Shown one piece after another: positions 55,675 through 64,000 of a DNA stretch of 64,000 nt. Location of the stretch: NCBI GenBank assembly GCA_951406725.2, contig OX597839.1, positions 24,924,001 through 24,988,000 on the forward strand, in the 5' to 3' direction. Position 1 is the stretch's first letter; each line of letters starts with the position of its first letter. The position numbers and the translations under genes are program-made. The notes beneath the pieces are model-generated. The model did no database searches. It had not been told where the DNA came from and was given only the letters and a program-made list of their open reading frames with translations. This stretch comes from Octopus vulgaris. Lineage: Eukaryota.

Positions 55675-56587
55675 GTATACATATGTGCATATATATATAG
55701 TTTGATTCTCATGTTCTCATGGCTGGTTGAAAAATATATCTGTCTAATTGTGCTACAAGACATTTCAACACTTCAGAAACAAAATTAAGGTTTAGAAAGT
55801 ATGTGTTGAATGTAGTACCCAAACCTTGTTTCAGGGTATGTCCCTGGTCGTGTGTCCTTGGAGCATGTTCACCAATTATAGCTACCAGGTGTCATCAGTG
55901 ATGCTTTGCATTCATTGTTGGATCAACTTCCAGGAATTCCAGGCTGCATGTAGGGTATGTATTGCAAATTACTAGAAAAGACAGAGTATACCAGATATAT
56001 GAAGGCGGCGAGCTGGCAGAATTGTTAGCACGTCGGGTGAAATGCTTAATGGTATTTCGTCTGCTGCTACGTTCTGAGTTCAAATTCCGCCGAGGTCAAC
56101 TTTGCCTTTCATCCTTTCGGGGTCGATAAATAAAGTACCAGTTTCGCACTGGGGTCGTTGTAATCGACTTAATCCCTTTGTCTGTCCTTGTTTGTCCCCT
56201 CTGTGTTTAGCTCCTTGTGGGTAATAAAGAAATAGGTATTTCGTCTGCTGCTACGCTCTGAGTTCAAATTCTGCCAAGGTCGACTTTGCCTTTCATCCTT
56301 TTGGGGTCGATAAATAAAGTACCAGTTTCGCACTGGGGTCATTGTAATCGACTTAATCCCTTTGTCTGTCCTTGTTTATCCCCTCTGTGTTTAGCCCCTT
56401 GTGGGTAATAAAGAAATATATATGATGGGCTTCTTTCAGTTTCCATCTATGAAATCCCCTGACAAGGCTCAGGTCAGTCTGAGGCTATAGAAGATGACAC
56501 TTGGCTAAGGTGTCACATGGTGGGACTGAACCTAGAACCATTTGGTTGGGTAGCAACCTCCTTGCCATACAACCACTCCTGCGCTTA

Positions 56588-56972
56588 TCTCTCTCTATAT
56601 AAATGGCAGTTTGTCTGTGGGTGTTTCTGTGTGTCTGTTTGGGTGTACCCTCACTCTGACCACGGCTTTCAACCGATTCTGATGAAACTTGACACACACA
56701 TAGCCCAATGTCATAATTCAAAACTAACGCAGCGAAAATTTTGAAAGTTCCCCCAGTTCTGAAAAGGATCGATAAATTCGACATGGGGTCGACAATCAGA
56801 AACACAAACCACAGATGGTCTAGGGGACGCAACTCGACCTTTTTAACTATCAAAAAAAAATTTACCATAATTTTTTTTCCCATTTTTTTGCTATTTTTTG
56901 GCTATAACTCTCTAAAAATGCTTTATAGTTATTTCCCTTACAAACCCGAGCAACGCCGGGCGATACTGCTAG
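56588..56972 (+). mobile_element. Non-autonomous Helitron
   Basis: A|TC 5' end, GC hairpin CCCGAGC-AAC-GCCGGG at 56945-56960, CTAG|T 3' end, no TSD. Confidence 0.8.
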
Positions 56973-57269
56973 TATTTAATATGTTTTCCTTACATCATTA
57001 ATCTATTTAATTCTTTTGCGCTATTTTGGCAATACAGTAATTATTAACTTGTCATTAAAACGATAATATTTCCACATTTGTTTGTTATGAAATTTGGTGG
57101 CGGCGGCAGCAGCCATGTATACAATGCTAATTATACGTTGGAACGGAATCGGTGTTTGTTGGCAGATTATCTTTAGTGATGTCAGCTAATCAATAATCGA
57201 TGAATCGATAAAGATATTTGCAGTCAATCAATCAATTACTCTGTGTGTGTGAGTGTGTGTGTGTGAGTG

Positions 57270-57300
57270 TGTGTATCTATCTATCCATCTATCTATCTGT

Positions 57301-57342
<42 letters not shown>

Positions 57343-57383
57343 ATCTATCTGTCTATTTATATATCTATCTATCTATCTATCCA

Positions 57384-57419
<36 letters not shown>

Positions 57420-57517
57420 CATCTTTCCATCTATCTATCTATCTATCTATCTATCTATGCATCTCTCTATCTATTTATCTATCTATCTATCTATCTATCT
57501 ATGCATCTATCTATCTA

Positions 57518-57566
<49 letters not shown>

Positions 57567-57584
57567 GCATCTATCTATCTATCA

Positions 57585-57618
<34 letters not shown>

Positions 57619-57708
57619 CTATCACTCTCTCTGTCTGTCTGTCTGTCTCTCTATCTATCTATCTATATATCTATCTATCACTCTCTCTCTCTCTCTATCT
57701 ATCTATCA

Positions 57709-57740
<32 letters not shown>

Positions 57741-57832
57741 ATCTATCTCTCTATCTCTCTCTCTATCTATCTATCTATCTATTACTCTCTCTCTCTCTGT
57801 CTCTTTCTCTCTCTCTATCTATCTATCTATCA

Positions 57833-57930
<98 letters not shown>
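57270..57930. repeat. (TCTA)n/(TC)n compound microsatellite
   Basis: Seen directly. Confidence 0.95.
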
Positions 57931-58047
57931 GTATATCTTTGACCTTTTATGTTTTAAATTTTTCTCATTTCAGCCAGAGGCTGAGGCAATGCTGGAGCAC
58001 CACCTCTCGGTGTGTATGGGTCTCTTTTCTGTATATATGTATATCTA

Positions 58048-58518
58048 TGAGGGGAAATCAAAGATTATCCACACTTTCGCCATAACATATCTTTATTATT
58101 GCCCCATTGCTTTCTGTGCATGTGTGCTTATAGTTGGTGTTATTGTGGTCCCATGATCAAAGTCTGAGCCCGATCGTGCCATTTTTCTCTCTGGCTTTAC
58201 AGTGTGAGAATGGTCGCTCCACAAGCAATGTGCACCAGAGAAGAATAATGAGCATTGATCTGGTTTCTCTGGTCAAAAGGTGCCTCAGGTACTGAAATTC
58301 ATCGGAGGCTTTTAGCACAATACGGGGACAGTGCACTATCATGCATAGGCACAGAAGTGGCTGTGTGGTAAGTAGCTTGCTTACACACCACATGGTTCCG
58401 GGTTCATTCCCACTGCGTGGCATCTTGGGCAAGTGTCTTCTGCTATAGCCCCGGGCCGACCAATGCCTTGTGAGTGGATTTGGTAGACGGAAACTGAAAG
58501 AAGCCCGTCGTATATATG

Positions 58519-58580
<62 letters not shown>

Positions 58581-59146
58581 TGAGTGTGTGTGTTTGTCCC
58601 CCTAGTATTGCTTGACAACCGATGCTGGTGTGTTTACGTCCCCGTCACTTAGCGGTTCGGCAAAAGAGACCGATAGAATAAGTACTGGGCTTACAAAGAA
58701 TAAGTCCCGGGGTCGATTTGCTCGACTAAAGGCGGTGCTCCAGCATGGCCACAGTCAAATGACTGAAACAAGTAAAAGAGTAAAAGAGAGTAAGTGTGTA
58801 TAATGGGATTGAGAAGTTTAAAAGAGGCTGGGCAAGCGCATGGCGCATGAAGAGGGAGCGGGACGCCCACCAACCTCCACCACTGATGAGATGATTCAGG
58901 AAACTTGAGAGATGGTGATGCTGAACTGTTCACCTTTACCATCTCTCGGATCACTGCTCTTTATTCTTCTTTGGTGCACATTGCAAGTGGAGTGGCCATG
59001 CTCACACTGTAAAGCCAGAAAGAAAGATGGCATGATCACACTCACATGATCATAGTAGTACCAAATATAAGCACACAGCAGAGAAGGTAGTGTGACAATA
59101 ATAAAGATATGTTGTGGCAAAAGTGTGGATAATTTTTGACTTCTCA
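58048..59146 (+). mobile_element. Mariner deletion derivative with two inverted 5' ends and a nested SINE A
   Basis: TA-flanked TIRs (TGAG...TCAAARATTATCCACACTTT). Decayed transposase N-terminus CTREE**ALIWFLWSKGASGTEIHRRLLAQYG...SVYNGIEKFKRG...EEGAGRPPTSTTDE. Confidence 0.85.
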
Positions 59147-59354
59147 TATCACTCTGTCACTTTTCCTTTTTCTGGTCCCTCCCCAATTCTTCTATCCCTC
59201 TGCCTCTACCTCTCTTCTCTCTGGTGTTCAGCCAAGCCTGACCCTTCTTTCTTGGTTTGACCACCATCCGTGCAACATCTGTATCCCTTCCTATGCTTCT
59301 CATCTCTTATGTCCCTGCTGTAAGGCCTCACTTCCACACACGCCAGCTTAATTT

Positions 59355-59680
59355 AATTTGTCCTTAGTCGAAAGACACCTGTTGTTAATGTCCTGTTGTT
59401 TACATTTGTATTTGTGTGCCATTTCTCTGGGGTTTTTTTTCCGTCCTTGTTTTCGTATACATTCACTGTCTTTTTCCAAGGAATCTAGTGCTCTTAACTC
59501 AGATTTTCCTTGGGGCTGGCCAGATTGGAGCAGTCTTGAGTATAACCAGCCGAAACTGCAAAGATAATCTGGAACTTGACTGATGAAAGAAAACTCAGAA
59601 TGACCTGTCCTTGTATTTTCATGTCCCTTTTTGTATCATCCAACTGTCTGAATGTTTTGTTGTCACCTATTGTCTTCTTG
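59355..59680. mobile_element. Unclassified repeat with hammerhead-like remnants
   Basis: GGCTGG...CCAGCC-GAAA and a separate CTGATGAA, not arranged as a complete core. Confidence 0.3.
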
Positions 59681-61086
59681 TCTGCTGCTACTGCTACTAC
59701 TGCTGCTGCTACTACTACTACAATTACTTCTACTGCCACCACATCATCAACTCAGTTATGACTATCACCTTGTATACAACCACCACCACCACTACTAACT
59801 CCCCCCCCCCCAACCATGAGACCTCGGCTATAAATATACTTAATGCATTTTTGATGTTTTCTTAATCATTGCAAATTATTTATGGTACATCCCACCTCCC
59901 TACACCACCACCACCACCACCACCACAACAACAACAATAATGACAACAAAAACAACCACTATGACCACCACTGCCATTACTGTTACCACAACCTTAGTTT
60001 ACTACCATTGCTGTATCTATGTGACCACCACCAACAATATCATGAAAAACTACCATCACTACCACCACCAATACTACCATCAACTCTACAACACCAGCTA
60101 CCACCATAACCTCCACATCACAACCACTACTATTACTGCTACCACCACCATCACCACCACCACACAACCACTATCATCACCATAACCACTACCACCACTA
60201 CCACCACCACCACCACCACTGCCACTATCACAACTACCACCACCATCATCATCACTGACACCACCACAGCTACAACTGCCACTGATACTAGAACCACCAC
60301 CACCACCACCATCATCATCACTACCATCACAACCACTACCATCACCACAACCACCACTATCACCATCACTACAAACACCATCATCAGCATAACCACTACC
60401 ACCACCACCGCCGCCTCCATCACCACAACCACTCCCAGTACTATCTCTGTAACCACCACCTTCCCCCACAATCACCATCATCACTATCACTACAACCACC
60501 ACCATTACCACCACCACAACAACCACCACCACTCCAACTACTTTCTGTAACCACTACCTTCCCCTACAACTACCACTACAACCACCACCCTAACCATCCT
60601 CCATACAAGCATAAATCACGTCCTACCATCTGTTTCCTAACCAGTAGCGAGTAGTTTATTTATTTACTGAGTAGAAAAGACATTCCTTTATGTTGGGTGG
60701 TCATGGGAGAGGCAGCAGTAGGAAGGTGTATGCTTCTTTACGTGCGTATATGCATGTGAGTTTGTCTATATTTTTGCATGCGTTTATGTGTGTATGTGTG
60801 TTTGTATATATGTGTAGGTTGGTGTGTATATTAGCCTGTATTTGTGTGCATGTGTGTGTGGTCTTGTGTGTGTTTGTGTGTATATGTGTGTGTGGGTTTG
60901 TGTATATATATATATATATATGTCTGTTTGTGTGTATATTTGTGTGGGCTTGTGTATATACTTGTCTGATTTTGCATGTATATGTCTGTGTGTATGTGTA
61001 TGTGTGCTTGTTTGCATATGTGTAATTATGTATATATGTGTGCAAGTTAGTATATGTGTGTGTGTGTGTGTGTGTGTGAGTATTTA

Positions 61087-62734
<1,648 letters not shown>

Positions 62735-63279
62735 TATATATATATATGTGTGTGTGTATGTGGGTGTTTGTGTAAATATATGTGTGTATATGTACTTTTG
62801 TGTGAATGTGTGTATGTTTATGTAAATATATGTATATGTGTGAGCGTGTTTGCATGTATATATGTACGTATGTGTTTGTGTGTGAGTGAAAGAGTAAGGG
62901 AGACGGTTAAAGACGTAGTGAGTGAGTGTGAGAGAGTGTGTGGGCAAGAGTGGGTGATTGAGAGAGAGTGAATGAGTTTGAAAGGTATTGAGTGTGAGGG
63001 ATTGAAAGAAAGACAGAGAGAGAGAGGGGGGAGACAGTAAGGGAGTGAAAGAGTAAGGGAGAGAGAGGGAGAAAGACAGACAGATAGAGACGGAGAGTGT
63101 GAGGTTGAGAAGAAGAAGAAGGAGAAGAAGAAGAAGGAGAAGAAGAAGAAGAAGAAGAAGAAGAAGGAGGAGAAGAAGAAGAAGGAGGAGAAGAAGAAGA
63201 GGAGGGGGAGGAGAAACCAGATCAAGAAAAGGGCCTGGTTGCCTGGAACACGGCAGGGATATTATCTTCACACACAACA

Positions 63280-64000
63280 CACACAGATGCACACACTCAC
63301 ACACAGACACATGCACACACACCCATACTCACACATGCACATACAAACACAGATGCGCACACACATGTACACATACACACAAAGACATACACTCTTACAT
63401 ATATACTCGCACACACACACACAAACATAAGCTCACACACACAAACATATACACATACACACACACACAGATGCACACACTCACACACAGACACATGCAC
63501 ACACACCCATACTCACACATGCACAGACAAAGACAGATGCGCACACACATGTACACATACACACACAGACATACACTCTTACATATATACTCGCACACAC
63601 ACACACAAACACACACAAACATATACACATACACACACACACAGATGCACACACTCACACACAGACACATGCACACACACCCATACTCACACATGCACAT
63701 ACAAACACAGATGCGCACACACATGTACACATACACACAAAGACATACACTCTTACATATATACTCGCACACACACACACAAACATAAGCTCACACACAC
63801 AAACATATACACATACACACACACACAGATGCACACACTCACACACAGACACATGCACACACACCCATACTCACACATGCACATACAAACACAGATGCGC
63901 ACACACATGTACACATACACACACAGACATACACTCTTACATATATACTCGCACACACACACACAAACATAAGCTCACACACACAAACATATACACATAC
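63280..64000. repeat. About 180-bp CA-rich tandem repeat with a 358-bp dimer period
   Basis: Identical ORF translations at 63297-63506 and 63655-63864. Confidence 0.9.

Noticed and set aside
55835-55955. Possible exon or hammerhead
   Set aside because: The peptide is not convincing, and the core has GAAC rather than GAAA.
58880-58915. CTGATGA...GAAA
   Set aside because: No stem II, and it lies in mariner coding sequence.

Overview
Repeat-saturated, AT-rich animal genomic DNA. The SINE and microsatellite content suggests an octopus or other coleoid cephalopod; this is my inference, not a search result. I can support no intact host gene: almost all ORF-track entries are microsatellite or SINE artefacts, and only a few possible small exons have good splice signals. 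Recognisable content: at least three tRNA-headed SINE families in many copies, 3' fragments of RTE- and CR1-group LINEs, two decayed mariner derivatives, a non-autonomous Helitron, a piggyBac-like MITE family, and very long micro- and minisatellites. The most notable signal is a set of sequence-unrelated type I hammerhead-ribozyme motifs with palindromic stem III (six with an intact core, plus degenerate ones), mostly inside short Penelope-like or retrozyme-like inserts in TA tracts. One lies in a TSD-flanked element with a tRNA head (a SINE carrying a ribozyme). Another lies in a 432-bp partial-tandem unit with an inverted 5' end. All structures were read by eye; none were folded computationally or searched.
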